This document shows, one piece after another, positions 35,001 through 47,387 of a stretch of DNA of 64,000 nt (positions within the stretch are counted from its first letter, which is position 1; the number at the start of each line of letters is the position of its first letter). Source of the DNA: Macrostomum lignano (Eukaryota). The notes under the pieces were generated by a model. It did not search any database. It was given only the letters and a program-made list of their open reading frames with translations, and had not been told where the DNA came from. The position numbers and the translations under genes were made by a program. The stretch covers positions 372,001-436,000 of the forward strand of contig NIVC01000521.1 of the NCBI GenBank assembly GCA_002269645.1, read 5' to 3'.

Positions 35001-35707
35001 TATTAAGAAATGATGTTTAATAAATAGGCAAAGAAATTCTTGGCATTGGTAACTGTACAGAGAATTTGTGCAGTCACTTGTGTAATGATGGATCTAGATT
35101 GGAGGTCAATTGACCCCGCTTCAGCCAGTCACTACTGACATGATCTAGATTGGAGGTCAATTGACCCCACTTCAGCCAGTCACTACTGACATGATCTAGA
35201 TTGGAGGTCAACTGACCCCCCTTGAGCCAGTCACTACTGACATGATCTAGATTGGAAGTCAACTGACCCCCCTTGAGCCAGTCACTAATGACGGATCTAG
35301 ATTGGAGGTCAACAGACCCCCCTTGAGCCAGTCACTAATGACGGATCTAGATTGGAGGTCAACAGACCCCCCTTGAGCCGGTCACTAGTGACCAGAGCTA
35401 GATCCAAAGGAAGTTTCAAAAGGGTCAAGGGGTCAGCTATCCCCCCTCATAACCAAGGAAAAATTCCGGATTTGCAACTCCACCTGGCACATTGTGATAG
35501 GGTTTACAAGTCAATAATTCACTAGAGAGCTTGACACCAACTCTTGGCTTATTTTGTATCTATGAATCTAGCTATAAAAAACTTAAATACTTATGCCACA
35601 CTTACAGATTCATCGTCCTGGCCCTGGTTGAGTATCTCGGCCAGTTCAATGTCCTCCGCGTCATGGCGGATGCTGCCTACGCCATTCTCCACTTTTTTTA
35701 GTGTCAT
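22423..35707 (-). CDS. ATP13A3: P5B-type ATPase (polyamine-transporter family, ATP13A2/3/4/5-like), 15 coding exons, 1254 aa
   Basis: Exons 35707-35606, 34925-34758, 33849-33791, 32795-32687, 32504-32422, 31694-31553, 31468-31334, 30098-30032, 29422-28716, 28277-27768, 27275-27027, 25433-25170, 24743-24116, 23226-23138 and 22875-22423 splice in frame (3765 nt). Motifs: [13 protein letters not shown] (P5B TM4), [39 protein letters not shown]. The exact paralog cannot be assigned. Confidence 0.93.
23138..23226 (-). CDS. ATP13A3: ATP13A exon 14 (TM9)
   Basis: cccgcag| acceptor and GAG|GTGAAT donor; hydrophobic helix. Confidence 0.82.
23276..24056. repeat. 23-bp minisatellite (ggggcggatttaaagtggatata), ~34 copies
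   Basis: Direct periodicity; fills ATP13A intron 13. Confidence 0.95.
24116..24743 (-). CDS. ATP13A3: ATP13A exon 13
   Basis: [24 protein letters not shown] and TM5-8. Confidence 0.95.
24787..25075. repeat. 23-bp minisatellite (gatttgggggcggatttatggta), ~12 copies
   Basis: Direct periodicity; shares ggggcggattt with the intron 13 array. Confidence 0.92.
25170..25433 (-). CDS. ATP13A3: ATP13A exon 12
   Basis: [10 protein letters not shown] and [15 protein letters not shown] motifs. Confidence 0.9.
25500..25860. repeat. Degenerate 24-26-bp minisatellite (actcctgacacatggaatgtacac)
   Basis: Direct periodicity in intron 11. Confidence 0.85.
26417..26930. repeat. 49-bp minisatellite (ggcgctaaattggcgctagaaccttacct...), ~10 copies
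   Basis: Period 49 (26467 to 26516). Confidence 0.92.
27027..27275 (-). CDS. ATP13A3: ATP13A exon 11
   Basis: [12 protein letters not shown] and [10 protein letters not shown] motifs. Confidence 0.93.
27325..27750. repeat. 38-39-bp minisatellite with a CACTTCCGG core, ~11 copies
   Basis: Direct periodicity in intron 10. Confidence 0.9.
27768..28277 (-). CDS. ATP13A3: ATP13A exon 10 (N domain)
   Basis: [30 protein letters not shown] and GYRVLALA motifs. Confidence 0.93.
28480..28690. repeat. (AGAC)n microsatellite
   Basis: Direct reading; intron 9. Confidence 0.9.
28716..29422 (-). CDS. ATP13A3: ATP13A exon 9 (A domain, TM3-4, phosphorylation site)
   Basis: LVPGD, TGES, PPALP and DKTGTLT motifs. 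Confidence 0.95.
29447..29860. repeat. 31-bp minisatellite (aatctgctactgaatctgcctctccgcctac), ~13 copies
   Basis: Period 31 (29450 to 29481). Confidence 0.92.
30032..30098 (-). CDS. ATP13A3: ATP13A exon 8 (NERNLRKTL...)
   Basis: tttgcag| acceptor and |GTAAGC donor; phases fit. Confidence 0.8.
30405..31170. repeat. ~21-bp minisatellite (tctcattcactctcagccccg)
   Basis: Direct periodicity in intron 7. Confidence 0.92.
31334..31468 (-). CDS. ATP13A3: ATP13A exon 7 ([15 protein letters not shown]; TM1-2)
   Basis: Conserved PFY.FQ.FSV.LW motif. Confidence 0.9.
31553..31694 (-). CDS. ATP13A3: ATP13A exon 6 (GLT...[10 protein letters not shown])
   Basis: Conserved pre-TM1 motif; canonical splice sites. 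Confidence 0.88.
31786..32395. repeat. 28-bp minisatellite (cagcaactgaggatctgggaggctggcc), ~21 copies
   Basis: Direct periodicity in intron 5. Confidence 0.92.
32422..32504 (-). CDS. ATP13A3: ATP13A exon 5 ([13 protein letters not shown])
   Basis: Conserved RYF.H...Y.WN motif; canonical splice sites. Confidence 0.85.
32687..32795 (-). CDS. ATP13A3: ATP13A exon 4
   Basis: ctgcag| acceptor and |GTAAGA donor; open frame with fitting phases. Confidence 0.75.
32838..33270. repeat. (GAGAG)n purine tract
   Basis: Direct reading; intron 3. Confidence 0.95.
33791..33849 (-). CDS. ATP13A3: ATP13A exon 3 ([12 protein letters not shown]...)
   Basis: ttttag| acceptor and AG|GTAAGG donor; phases fit. 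Confidence 0.8.
33885..34620. repeat. 30-bp minisatellite (cagaggaatcccaatcagggaaatcccacc), ~24 copies
   Basis: Direct periodicity in intron 2. Confidence 0.95.
34758..34925 (-). CDS. ATP13A3: ATP13A exon 2 (RILGYRRNP...[13 protein letters not shown]...VVVK), GC donor
   Basis: P5 N-terminal membrane domain; AAG|GCGAGT donor. Confidence 0.85.
35088..35400. repeat. 51-bp minisatellite (gatctagattggaggtcaattgacccc...), ~6 copies
   Basis: Period 51 (35091 to 35142); intron 1. Confidence 0.88.
35606..35707 (-). CDS. ATP13A3: ATP13A exon 1 (MTLKKVENG...[10 protein letters not shown])
   Basis: Resembles the ATP13A3-type N-terminal INQGQEDE; GTAAGT donor. Confidence 0.75.
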
Positions 35708-38700
35708 ATCGGCAGCATAACAGGTTACTTAGGGCATTATTACCTGTGGGTAATGTTGAAAGTATAAAGAAAGTTTAACTTTTTTGATTTTGGAATCTAG
35801 CAATTTATAGCAGCAACAAAGCTTAAAGAATATAACCATAGCATCCTAGAGACCTACAAAGTTTGATCTCTATTCTTTGCATGCCAATGTTTTTATATTA
35901 AGAAAAGACAAATACCACCTAATCTCTACCACTAAATGTTGCCTAATACTGTTAAATATCTCTTAAACTGTTAAAGAAGAGCTTTGCTAGAAATCCTTAT
36001 AAAACCCTTGTCTTTTAAATATTGTCTATTATTTAGAAGTAAAAAACTAGGTTTATAATTAAAAAAGTAAGTCTAATTGATTCTTTTAATACTTTTAAGT
36101 ACTATATTTACATTTTGTAAAGAAAAAATGACAAAATTTAGAATACTTTTAAGATTAAACCACTTTATTCTTATAATAATTCTAATAATTTATATTATCA
36201 TAGAGCCAAAAACTAAGACTTTCATTCTATTACATGCCTGCTATGATCCTGACTATGGTATAGCAAATTGGTTTTAATTGAAAAATTGCATTAATGCTAA
36301 AAGTAGTCTATTTATATAAATATTTTAATAATAATACTAATAGGGATGAATCCAAGAAAAGGGGGCCATGACCTTACTGCAGTTATAGACAAAAATATTG
36401 CATTATACTTTCTTGTTTTGTAATTATGCAAGGTCTATTTTCCAATAATATTATTAGATTATAGTGTTTGGTATAGCTTGTTGGCACTTGTTATTTGCAT
36501 GGTACTGTATAAATAATATGAGCCAAAAAAATGTTAAGCTATATAATAAATCACATCTAAACTCTATCTACTGACTTTAGTTAATTAAAAAACTCATTAT
36601 ACAAAGAAAAGATCCAGGGATAAATATTCTGGTGTGCGGTCATTTTGTCTGCCGTCAGAGGAAACGACTTTTTAAGAAAAAAGTTAAGGTATAGCTTCAT
36701 AGCTAGTAAAGCTAATTTTTTATATTTAAATACTGCGAGTTGTGCAAAAAAGATAAAGTGGAATGTCAGTTTTCTAAGCGTAATTTTGTTTATCACATTA
36801 TTTCAAAGATTTATCAATTTTAAACATCCATTAAAAAAGAACTTTTATATAGGATGGAAGCTGCAATTACGAATATTGAAGGTAGAGGCAGAGTTCATTG
36901 TTGAATACAATTGGCCAGCTGTTATAAGCATTGTTATGACCCCATCCAATGATGATGCATTTTCATTATGAACAATTATTCAGCTTACAAAATTTATATA
37001 ACAAACAAAAATTTAGTATACGTGTATATGGTGTATACTATGGGTCCCTTTGAGAAAATATTTTTTTAGATGCTTCTAACGTAATGAGTTTGTTATCTTC
37101 CCTATAAGAACTTTTAAGATATAGAGATATTTATCTTCAACATTATATGTACTGGCATTGTACTTAGTCTTAAGAAGACAAAAAGATTGCATTGTATTTT
37201 TGTAGACGAACTGGCGGCAGACGAAACAATGATAACCAATATTCTATAGTCCAGATCATGGCAGGCATACACTAGAATGAAAAAATGTTTTTTTCAATTT
37301 TACACTGATGTAAAATTAAAAAAATTTTACACCAAGCCCAAAATTGTTTATACACCACTTTTTTAAAGAATATATATTTTTAGGAATTTAAAAGTTTTAC
37401 TCAACTTTAAAATGGCAGTTTTTGCTAAAAACTAATATTCTTTATTTTAATTTAGTTTATCTCGTGATTGCATTAATATTTTTCTATTTTAGTTTCCAAT
37501 TATTTTTAAAGAGCTTATTGATGTTGGTTGATAATAATATTTAACTACACAATTACATTAGCCTTGAACTTGACTATTTTTGTATGCCAACTGTGTAGGC
37601 CTACACTTCATGTTGAACCTGAAAATTCTATACGCCAAGTGTAGGCAAAGATTGGCAGCAAGAGCAAAAATATGCCAGAAAATTCCTGCATAAAGGCCAC
37701 ATTTGGCTTTAGACTAGGCCTATGGTAAGTATTGAGTAGTTCCTAATATAAATAAGATAACTATTTATAAGGTATTTTTCAGGTAGGCCTACTATGTAAA
37801 TAACATGGGAAATATTTATATGGTGATGTGCAAATAACAACTGCCTAGCTTGCCCCCTCCCCCTAAAAAAATTTCTAGATCTGCCACTAATAAATATTGT
37901 ATACAACTTATTTTTTATATAATTAACTTTAACATTATTAATATTATTAACATTATTAACATAATTAACATTAACTTTATGAAAAAATACCATAAAAAAT
38001 TTGTATCTTCAATTGAAATTTAAATACTTATTAGAACCAAAATAAATACTCTAGTCTATTCTATGCTGTTTATCAGAAAAAGACAAAATTGACTAAGACA
38101 AACTTGACTTTGTAAAAATTACATGATCCATAACTATATCTTCTCTCATAACACACAGAGCTACAAATAATTGTTTTAAATTAAATAACAAGAATTTAAG
38201 CCATATAAAGCAGTTTCACTTTTTAGGTCTACCTATTTTACTAAATCAATAGTACCCTACACTGACTGTAATTATTTGTTTGTGCCACAAATGTCTGCTG
38301 TTGTTGTTAGGCTAATGCAGATTTTTTTGCCTTAATAACATTTCAATGTATTAAAAAACAAAGAACGAACCATTTGGTTTAAAATATTGATTTTGTAAAC
38401 TTACAGCGAAAAATATTGGCGGTAAATATTAAACGACTGAATCATATTGGTGTTCGCTGGAAAAAATCGATGATGAGTCACGCGAGGAATTTTAACTGTT
38501 GCACTTCGCAGTTTAAATCCTAAGGTGTGTGCAAGAAAACACGATTTAACGAGCCCTTTATATTGCTTATACAGAGTAAAGAACATGTATACTTTTAGTA
38601 TTTTTACTGTTTTTGTTTGCTAGCGAGTCTTTTTATTAGCATTTATGATAAAAATTCATATTGCTTTGTTAAAATAGTAAAAAATACTTATAAAGTTTAT

Positions 38701-38766
38701 GAAAACCGTTCAAATTCAAGACTAAAGCTTGTTCAGTTGGAGCAGCTATGTTAAATGTACACTCTT

Positions 38767-39138
38767 CAGTGGCGTAGCCAGGGGGCCAGGGGGCCGGGGG
38801 GCCGCAGCCCCCCCCAATCGCCTGGGGGGGGGGTGGGTTGGGCGCGGCGGGTACCAAAAACAATGAGGCAATTATTGAGTGCCTGCGGCGCTAAAATGAG
38901 TGCCTGCGGCGCTAAAATGAGTGCCTGCGGCACCAAAATGAGTGTCTGCGGCGCCAAAATGAGTGCCTGCGACGCGAAAATGAGCTAGTGCCTGCGGCGC
39001 CAAAATGAGTGCCTGCGGTGCCAAAATATCTGAGGCGCCAAAATGAGTGCCGTGGCGCCAAAAGTGGCAATGGCATAAGGCATGGCGCCAGCCAGGCCAA
39101 CTCGGCCCCCCCAATTGAAATTCCTGGCTACGCCACTG
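38767..39138. mobile_element. hAT-type MITE with internal 21-bp tandem repeats
   Basis: TIR CAGTGGCGTAGCCAGG / CCTGGCTACGCCACTG. Perfect 8-bp TSD ACACTCTT at 38759-38766 and 39139-39146. Confidence 0.92.
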
Positions 39139-39710
39139 ACACTCTTAGTCTTAAAAATAAGAAAATTTCTCACTGGTACTGTCTGGACTGTGTGTAACCG
39201 TTGTTAGAGGGCGTTTGGTCCGCCGCCATTGATCTTCTTAGTTCGTACACTACTAGTTCCGCACAATCTAGTGGGCATTGCAATACTGAGCTACATGTTT
39301 TTTGGTAGTGCAGAGTTTTTTTTCGAATACTTTCGGATAAAAAACTTGGTTCTGCAGCTAGAGAAAGACTGTTGAGAAATTTCACGATGTTAACAGAACG
39401 TTTGCTTTGGCGTCGTACAGTTGTCACATACAGTTTTAGTTGAGGTTATAGTTAATTAGGTGGTTGAAAGACGCCATATGATCCAGGGATGATCCCTGAT
39501 CCACATAAACACATGTAGATGTATATGTATTAATGCTGGGATCTTGATTGCGACGAACTCGCTCAAACAGAAAGTCAAAGTTCATTGTGCATGCTGCCTG
39601 CTGCACACCGCATTATTCAGGATCGGATTACCAGCAGGATATATTGACAGCCTACATAGCTATAAGGCTTGTTATATAACCGTAATGAACTTATATATAC
39701 AGTACTTATA

Positions 39711-40268
39711 GACAGTAGTACTTGTCGGCTATCAAGAACGTTTTTTAAAAACTGCAATTGGTACAGACAATATGCATGTTTCACACGGCTTGTGCCAGGC
39801 CAGGATCATGTAAGTTAGAAAATCAATTTGCCATTTATCATGAAATTGCTCGCAAATGCACATGTTCCTACTAGTATATGCATGTACAAGATAAAGATCT
39901 ACAATATATTCCAGCGCCTTGCAATGCGCACATCTGATTGCTCAGACGGCGTTCTGCATGCCAGCAGTCCCCGGGGCGCAAGAGCTTATACCCTGCTGAT
40001 AGTCTGCTTATCTCTACGTAGATTAAGTCGGTGAAAAAAATGTTTAAAAAGCAAAAATTAGATGAAAAAGTTAACAAAGTTTGGAGACGAGCGGGGTATA
40101 GATGTGCACATACACATGTGCATTTGCGAGCAATTTCATGATTAATGGCAAATTGATATTCTAACTTACATGGTACTGGCCTGGCAAAAGCTATGTGAAA
40201 CATGCATATTGTCTGTACCAATTGCAGTTTTACAAAAACGTTCTTGATAGCCGACGAATACTACTATC
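39711..40268. mobile_element. Foldback/MITE with ~150-bp imperfect TIRs
   Basis: gtcggctatcaagaacg...gcaaatgcacatgt (39724-39865) pairs with 40113-40256. TSD unclear. Confidence 0.8.
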
Positions 40269-41714
40269 AGCTGCGTGATTTATGGTTTATATAAGTAAAT
40301 TACAAAACGTACAATATTTTTTGTAAATTTTGTGTACCTAGCCGGAGCTGACAACTGCATTGTAAGCTGTCAATTTTGCAAATTTCTATTGTCACGGATA
40401 AGTTGAATCGCCAAGACACTTATTTGAGGCTTGTATACACAAAAAATTAGCCAAGACCATCCTGACGATGTGTATGTACATTAGATCCTGTGATTAGCGG
40501 ATGGTATAGAACCATGGATCCTCAAAGGTGTTGCTCCACAGCCCTTCTGAAAATATTGTTATTAATTAAGACGCACTGTTGCATGCAACCGTAAAATCAA
40601 ATATCATGTTTATCATTTTACTATACTACACGCCCATCGTGTACCTTTTATCTCTCTATACTACTCATAGCACGCGCGCGATATAATTATATGAAATATA
40701 CCACTATTGTCAGCAACCAAGGCCAGTATACGTAGGTTTTAGCTCCGCTGTTTTCTACAGCTGACTGACCCTGTAAAAAAAAATCCCAACCGATGCTAAG
40801 CTCCATCAGGGGCGGAATCCCCATCGAGATGAAGATCGTGGCCTGGGCCCGTGTGCACGCATGGAAGCGGATGGGCTGATCCGAATACTTAACCAATACG
40901 AGATTATAAAACTTCTTATTTACAATCATCTCAATTGCGAACGTTTCAAAGCAGCAGGGAAGGAATTGGGATCCGAGTGGAAGTCTCGCGTAATTTTTTT
41001 AAACGCATTTTGTTTCTTGGATTTAGCTGGAGTCCTTATAGTCATATCTGTGGTATCTATTGAGCAGAATGCTAGGAGATACAAGGGAAAAGGGGGGTAG
41101 AGGCGATGAAGATGGCTCGCATGACTGGTGAGGTATGGAGAGAAGCTGCACCCCCACTGTGCGCGCTAGCTGCTAATCTCCAACCGATTCCAACCGATAA
41201 AAACCCGGTTGCGCTTCGATAGTTCGGAGAGTCTTGGGTACCCCGGATGCCTCTCCGTTCCCGATTTCCTCTCAGCAACTCCTCAGCTTCCTTTTTGTGT
41301 AAAACTTGTCAGCTAAGCGCTTAGTCAAAGCAGCTTCTTATAGTTTTCCCAATTGCCATCCAACAGTGAATCGCAGGGCCTGGTGACTGATGAAGCCTGA
41401 ACGAGAGATGCAGCTTCTCCTACCCTGGTACTGCAGTCTTAAGCCATGCGAGCTACGGCTGGGGGAGTCTTCACAGTTTCTCAAGCAAGCTGTGCATTCC
41501 TATACGTGTTCTGCCGTCTTGACACGCTTTCACGACCTCCGATGCCTGAGCTAGACACCATGTCCGGGATCTTGGTTAGGGATCCTGATCGATGCTGGAT
41601 GAATTCTCAACGAAAGATTTTATCTAGAAGGCACTCTATTGTACTAAAGATTCGGACTGATACGAACTGTCTGATTATTTTGTGTCTTTCAGTCACCCAG
41701 CAATCAATCACCTA

Positions 41715-42085
41715 TGAACTCACTCATGAACTCACTCATGAACTCACTCATGAACTCATTCATGAACTCACTCATGAACTCACCCATGAACTCACTCATG
41801 AACTCACTCATGAACTCACTCATGAACTCACTCATGAACTCACCCATGAACTCACCCATGAACTCATTCATGAACTCACTCATGAACTCACTAATCAATT
41901 CACTCATGAACTCACTCATGAACTCACTCATGAACTCACTCATGAACTCACTCATGAACTCACTCATGAACTCACTCATGAACTCACCCATGAACTCACT
42001 CATGAACTCATTCATGAACTCATTCATGAACTCACTCATGAACTCACTCATCAATTCACTCATCAACTCACTCATGAACTCTCTC
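41715..42085. repeat. 12-bp minisatellite (ctcactcatgaa), ~30 copies
   Basis: Direct periodicity; generates the spurious HELT ORFs. Confidence 0.95.
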
Positions 42086-42714
42086 GTGAACTCATTGATA
42101 GACTCATTCTTGAACATTACAAAAAATACATTGATTTATTCACTGCCAATACTTGCTGGCCAGACCGCATGTGGATTGAAAGCTCATTAGAAACCAACAG
42201 GTATCATGCAGGGTCGCTCTTGAACGATGTCATTGAGAAGCCCAATAACAAGAAAACAATCTTCTTTAAAAAGTCATGCGGGAAGCCAAAAAGCAAGCAC
42301 TTATTTGCTCATCTTGTTGCCTGCAAGATTTCGGCTAAGAAAATATGGGAGCTCCGCTTCTATCCAACCCTGCTTTAACCTTCTCAATCATTTCTTGATA
42401 CGAGTTTTTTCAGCCCCAGTTTCCAACGCCTGGGGGGGAGGCGACCGCAGATCATTTTTTGTCTCCAAGGCGAGGGGGCCGGCGGGCTTCATCCTATTTT
42501 AGGCCTACGAGCTACACGGAAGGCAGAATAGGCAGTTATATATTATAAATAAATTTGCGCATGAATTGCATTCCGCTTCAGGTAACCCTGCTATATTGTG
42601 TTCATTCAAGGAGGTCTGAGAACCGGAGCCTGGCTTGCCAACTCCTCACACATTTTCAGACAGCTTGCAGTCTGACTAAAGTACATATTTTACTTATGTT
42701 CCGTTTTCTCTCAT

Positions 42715-43370
42715 CTACTTACTCGTATCTCTCATCCTATTTCTGATCTCATCTTGGATCTCTTCTCATCTCTTCTCTCATCCTATCTCTGATCTCATCT
42801 TGCATCTCTTTTCATCTCTTCTCTCATCCTATCTCAGATCTCATCTTGGATATTTTCTCATCTCTTCTCTCATCCTATCGCTGATCTCATCTTGCATCTC
42901 TTTTCATCTCTTCTCTCATCCTATCTCAGATCTCATCTTGGATATTTTCTCATCTCTTCTCTCATCCTATCTCTGATCTCATCTTGCATCTCTTTTCATC
43001 TCTTCTCTCATCCTATCTCAGATCTCATCTTGGATATTTTCTCATCTCTTCTCTCATCCTATCTCTGATCTCATCTTGCATCTCTTTTCATCTCTTCTCT
43101 CATCCTATCTCAGATCTCATCTTGGATATTTTCTCATCTCTTCTCTCATCCTATCTCAGATCTCATCTTGGATATTTTCTCATCTCTTCTCTCATCCTAT
43201 CTCTGATCTCATCTTGCATCTCTTTTCATCTCTTCTCTCATCCTATCTCAGATCTCATCTTGGATATTTTCTCATCTCTTCTCTCATCCTATCTCTGATC
43301 TCATCTTGCATCTCTTTTCATCTCTTCTCTCATCCTATCTCTGATCTCATCATGCATCTCATCCCACCTC
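42715..43370. repeat. 46-bp minisatellite (tctcatcctatctcagatctcatcttggatattttctcatctcttc)
   Basis: Direct periodicity with two alternating variants. Confidence 0.92.
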
Positions 43371-44371
43371 ATCTCTTATCCCGGTCAAGGGTCGTGTCTC
43401 TTCTCCCATCTTTTCTCTCATCCCATCTCTGATCTCGTCTCTTATCGCTAATCCCATCTCATCTTTCATCCCGCTCAAGCTTTGTGTCTCTTCTCTCTTT
43501 TCTCCTCTCTCCAATCATTGTCTCTCTTCTCACCTCCTATCGCTTCTACTCCCTCTTCTTTCCTGTCTCATCTGGATCTCACATCTCATCAAGAGGGGGT
43601 CAAGGGGGGTCAGCTGACTCCCCTTAAAAGATCAAGGGGGGCGTCATGTCCTCTCTGGAAATTTAACTGTTTTCCATCTCACTAAGCTGGAGGGAGAGAG
43701 AGAGAAGAACTTAACTCAATGGCGTGGCCGAACCAGATGGGGTCAAGGGGGTCAGCTGACCCCCCGCCTCTCCCAGGAAAAAATCTAGATCTGCCCCTGC
43801 TTAAAAATGCGACAAAAATTAGTTAAACGAAAGTCATTGAGAAAGAACTGGCGCTACTCCAGATTCTGGCTCTTGGTCTCCTTCTTCTTTCCTCATCAGA
43901 CACGGCTTTTATCCGCGTAAATTTCCTCAGAGCGAGAGAGAGAGAGTAACCACCTGACACTTCTTTGTTTGGCGGCGTCTCAAATTCTCCGGTGAGACAA
44001 AAGGGCCATCATCGATCAGGCCGCGCCTGTTAGAGTGGGAATTCTCCCCCCATACCGCTACACTAAATTAGCGGCTTACAATAATTTGTCAGGTGGAAGG
44101 CGCGACAAAAGCCGGCAAAGGCAAAGTAGCATGCAGTTGCTTTCCAGCTAGCAACCAGTTTTTTCCTGAGCTTTTTCATCGCCGAGTCGCAGCCGTTGAT
44201 GAATACTGGGCGACGTTTAGCAGTCTATAAGTCTGCAAATTCGATTTAAAGGCTTCACTGCCTTTTGTTCTTTGCCGCCGATTTTTACGCTTCACTGCGC
44301 ACAATTAGGGAGCCTTTTGACTGACAGCCTACTGATAGTAGGCGGCCCGCTGCCATCAATTATCTGTGTGC

Positions 44372-44801
<430 letters not shown>

Positions 44802-46749
44802 CACTTTCAAATGCTTGACAGACGTCAATTAGCTGCTAATATGCCATGGCATTGAATTTTTGTCAGTTTTTTGCACATTCCTGTTGTCAACGATGAGCAA
44901 ATAAGCAATACTCACTGACCTGAGCAGTCCGTGACTGCACTGACCAGCACTTACTGTTTGCTACAATATTATCACAATTACCTCAATACAGCTAATTGAG
45001 CTGAAGTTACCTGTTTAGTAATTAGTTTGCTGCTTATCGCATAGCTACCAACTCGCTGCATTGTGCTGCAGATCCAAGAAATGCTAAAAACTCAAGAGAC
45101 AGGTGACAACAGCACCTTTCTTTCGATAGACCTGTGCCATACCAATTCAGTTTATAGAAGATTGTGATAAAAGGGTGCAACTATCATTCCATCAAGACTA
45201 GTTAATTACCATTCATTATTCATATTGCACTTGAAACTGGATGTGCGGAATTGCACTTTCACCTCGCTCATGTACTGCAATGTCATGCTAGATTCAGCCA
45301 GTCAGTAATGCATGGGGACACTGAGACCCTGTATACGGCAGAAGAACGACAGAGAAGTGTTAGAGAAGTGTTAGAGAAGTAGGTGTTGGGCAAACATGCT
45401 GCTCTTCTCAAATACAAACTTCGATGCTCAGCAGAGTCTGAGATTTTTATAGAGAAGCTTCGATCGTATAGGACTGGGCATGCTTATTGAGGTAGAGAGA
45501 AGACGCCCTGCACAATGCTTTGAATCTGATTCAGTGGGTGTTGGTCGTCAGTTCGGGTTCCAGTGAGCAGTTGAGCTATATCAGAGCAAATATTTGACCG
45601 AATGGAGCATTTCAAGGCGAATGCGCTAGCTGCATGCTTTATGTGCCAAGGTGCTGTTTTGCTTGCCTAATAATGGGGATTCTAAATCATTTAAGATTAT
45701 TTAGCCCGAATGTGCTATCTCAACTGCATGGTCGTCACAGTTGTTCATTGCTCAACTTATTATGTAGCTTCTCAAAACATAACATAGTTTTCTTCCCCTT
45801 TTTAGTTTGACACCTTTTTGAGTCATCATCACAACCAACGCTTTGCTTCCTAAAATTCTCTCTCAGTCTTTCGTGGCGTGACTTTTTGACTTTAATACCT
45901 TTTGTCCAAAACCTATATATCACTACGTATAAAGTATATACGGTAATTATAGTGGCATTTGAGTATGCTCCGCGTGTTCTACAGTTAAATTACTGAAAAT
46001 GAGGTGAAAATAGGGATAAAAGAGACAAAGTATTGATGCTCATTCGAATATAGGATAAGTCGTTCAATCTTCTAATCCCTCAAAGCTCTTAACACCTAAT
46101 CTAGTATGGAATCCATATAGCATACACACAATGCTCCCGTTTACATTATAGGTCAAAGTAGTTTGCAATAGCGGCAGATTCTTTGATGTTTCAACTTTGC
46201 ACGGCTATAAAACCGCAGCGCATCGGCACCGTTTGTGTCCGTTTAATAATAAATAATAGATATTGCTTTGATGTCTCGACCGACATAAGTTCCTGATCCG
46301 TGCACACAGACAGACACAGAGTCGCTAGCATTGTGTACCAGGGCAAAGAGTCTCATTGCGCAATACAGCCCCATGCAAGCATTGCAATCCGTTAGGTGTT
46401 CTTATATATGCATGTACGAGCCTATATATTGTATTCATATGCTTCGACTATTACGAGCGTATGTAAGTTCATGAGGCGCTGCGGGGAGCATAATATCGAT
46501 TCTTTTTGGTCCCTTCGTCGCATATTTTCAGCTTCCTCAATCCTGAACCGACTGACACTCTCTCTTCATCTTGTGCTCAGCTTAAACTGGCTGAACAAAC
46601 ACCAACGCTGTCTGTGAGGGAGCATTGAGATTCGGTCGGTCCCAGTTTGGTTGCAGGCTCTTGGACTCCCACTCCAATATTAGCTTGGGAAGAATTAATA
46701 CGCACTGCACAACTTGCATTTGGCCTTCCCTGAGCTCCCCTCCCTCTTG

Positions 46750-47080
46750 CTTCTTACCAACCAATCGGGGGGCAAGTCTGGATTCTCGGAGGAGAAAATG
46801 CTTCCCACATCCTCTAGACAGGGCCCGGGGAATCTCCCGGAGCCCCCGGTCCAATCCGTGCCGGAGTCCCCGATCTGATTGGTCGGATTGCGGCCACGCA
46901 CTGGTTGGGGGGTGGTGAGGGGGGGTCGGCGGCCCTCGCTCTGCCCCTCACTCGCTCTCTCAATCCGAGAGGCGGGCGGGGGTGGGGGGCTGTCGGGGTT
47001 GGGAGGGTCCTCCTTGCAACCAAAATTTTATAAGTTTGGCCTAACTTGATTGTCACCTCCCATGCATATATATACAGCAA
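46750..47080 (+). promoter_or_regulatory. Probable promoter of the Gfi1/senseless gene
   Basis: CCAAT at 46761 and 46851, ATTGG at 46878, G-rich GC boxes at 46970-47010 and a TATA-like catatatata at ~47065, all upstream of the ATG at 47300. Confidence 0.45.
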
Positions 47081-47299
47081 ATCTTATTTCTCCGAGCTTG
47101 TGCAACTCCCGCAGTGCTACTCTCTGTCTCTCCTGCTGCTAAAAGAAGTCTTCTGAGGATCCAGCAGCGACGAAGTATTTTCTCTTCTCCGTTCTCGAAC
47201 ACGAGCCCCAGTTGAGTAAGGCAGCTCCCCCTTGTGCGGACAAGGCCACACTTCACACTTGACTCTTCAAATTCTATATTATAGCTGAAGACTTGAGTT

Positions 47300-47387
47300 A
47301 TGAACAGCCCAAGCAATCGGCAGAATCTGCAACAGCAGCAGCAACAGCAGCCCCTCCAGCTGACAGTCAACGATAAGAGGATCAAAG
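47300..47387 (+). CDS. GFI1: Gfi1/sens exon 1 ([13 protein letters not shown]...KRIK)
   Basis: ATG with an in-frame TGA just upstream; G|GTGAGT phase-1 donor. Confidence 0.6.

Noticed and set aside
35100-35380. AGGTCA-nn-TGACCC nuclear-receptor-like inverted repeats
   Set aside because: The same gggtca-nn-tgaccc dyad occurs in MITE-end-like sequence at 35430 and 43600-43770, so it is likely transposon-derived.
41250-41310. KKEAEELLRG peptide (minus strand) resembling an SH2 start
   Set aside because: No FLVRES-type continuation and no splice support.
41446-42378. 310-aa ORF with (HELT)n and its overlapping ORFs
   Set aside because: All frames stay open only because of the 12-bp repeat, and the flanks show no domain or splice support.
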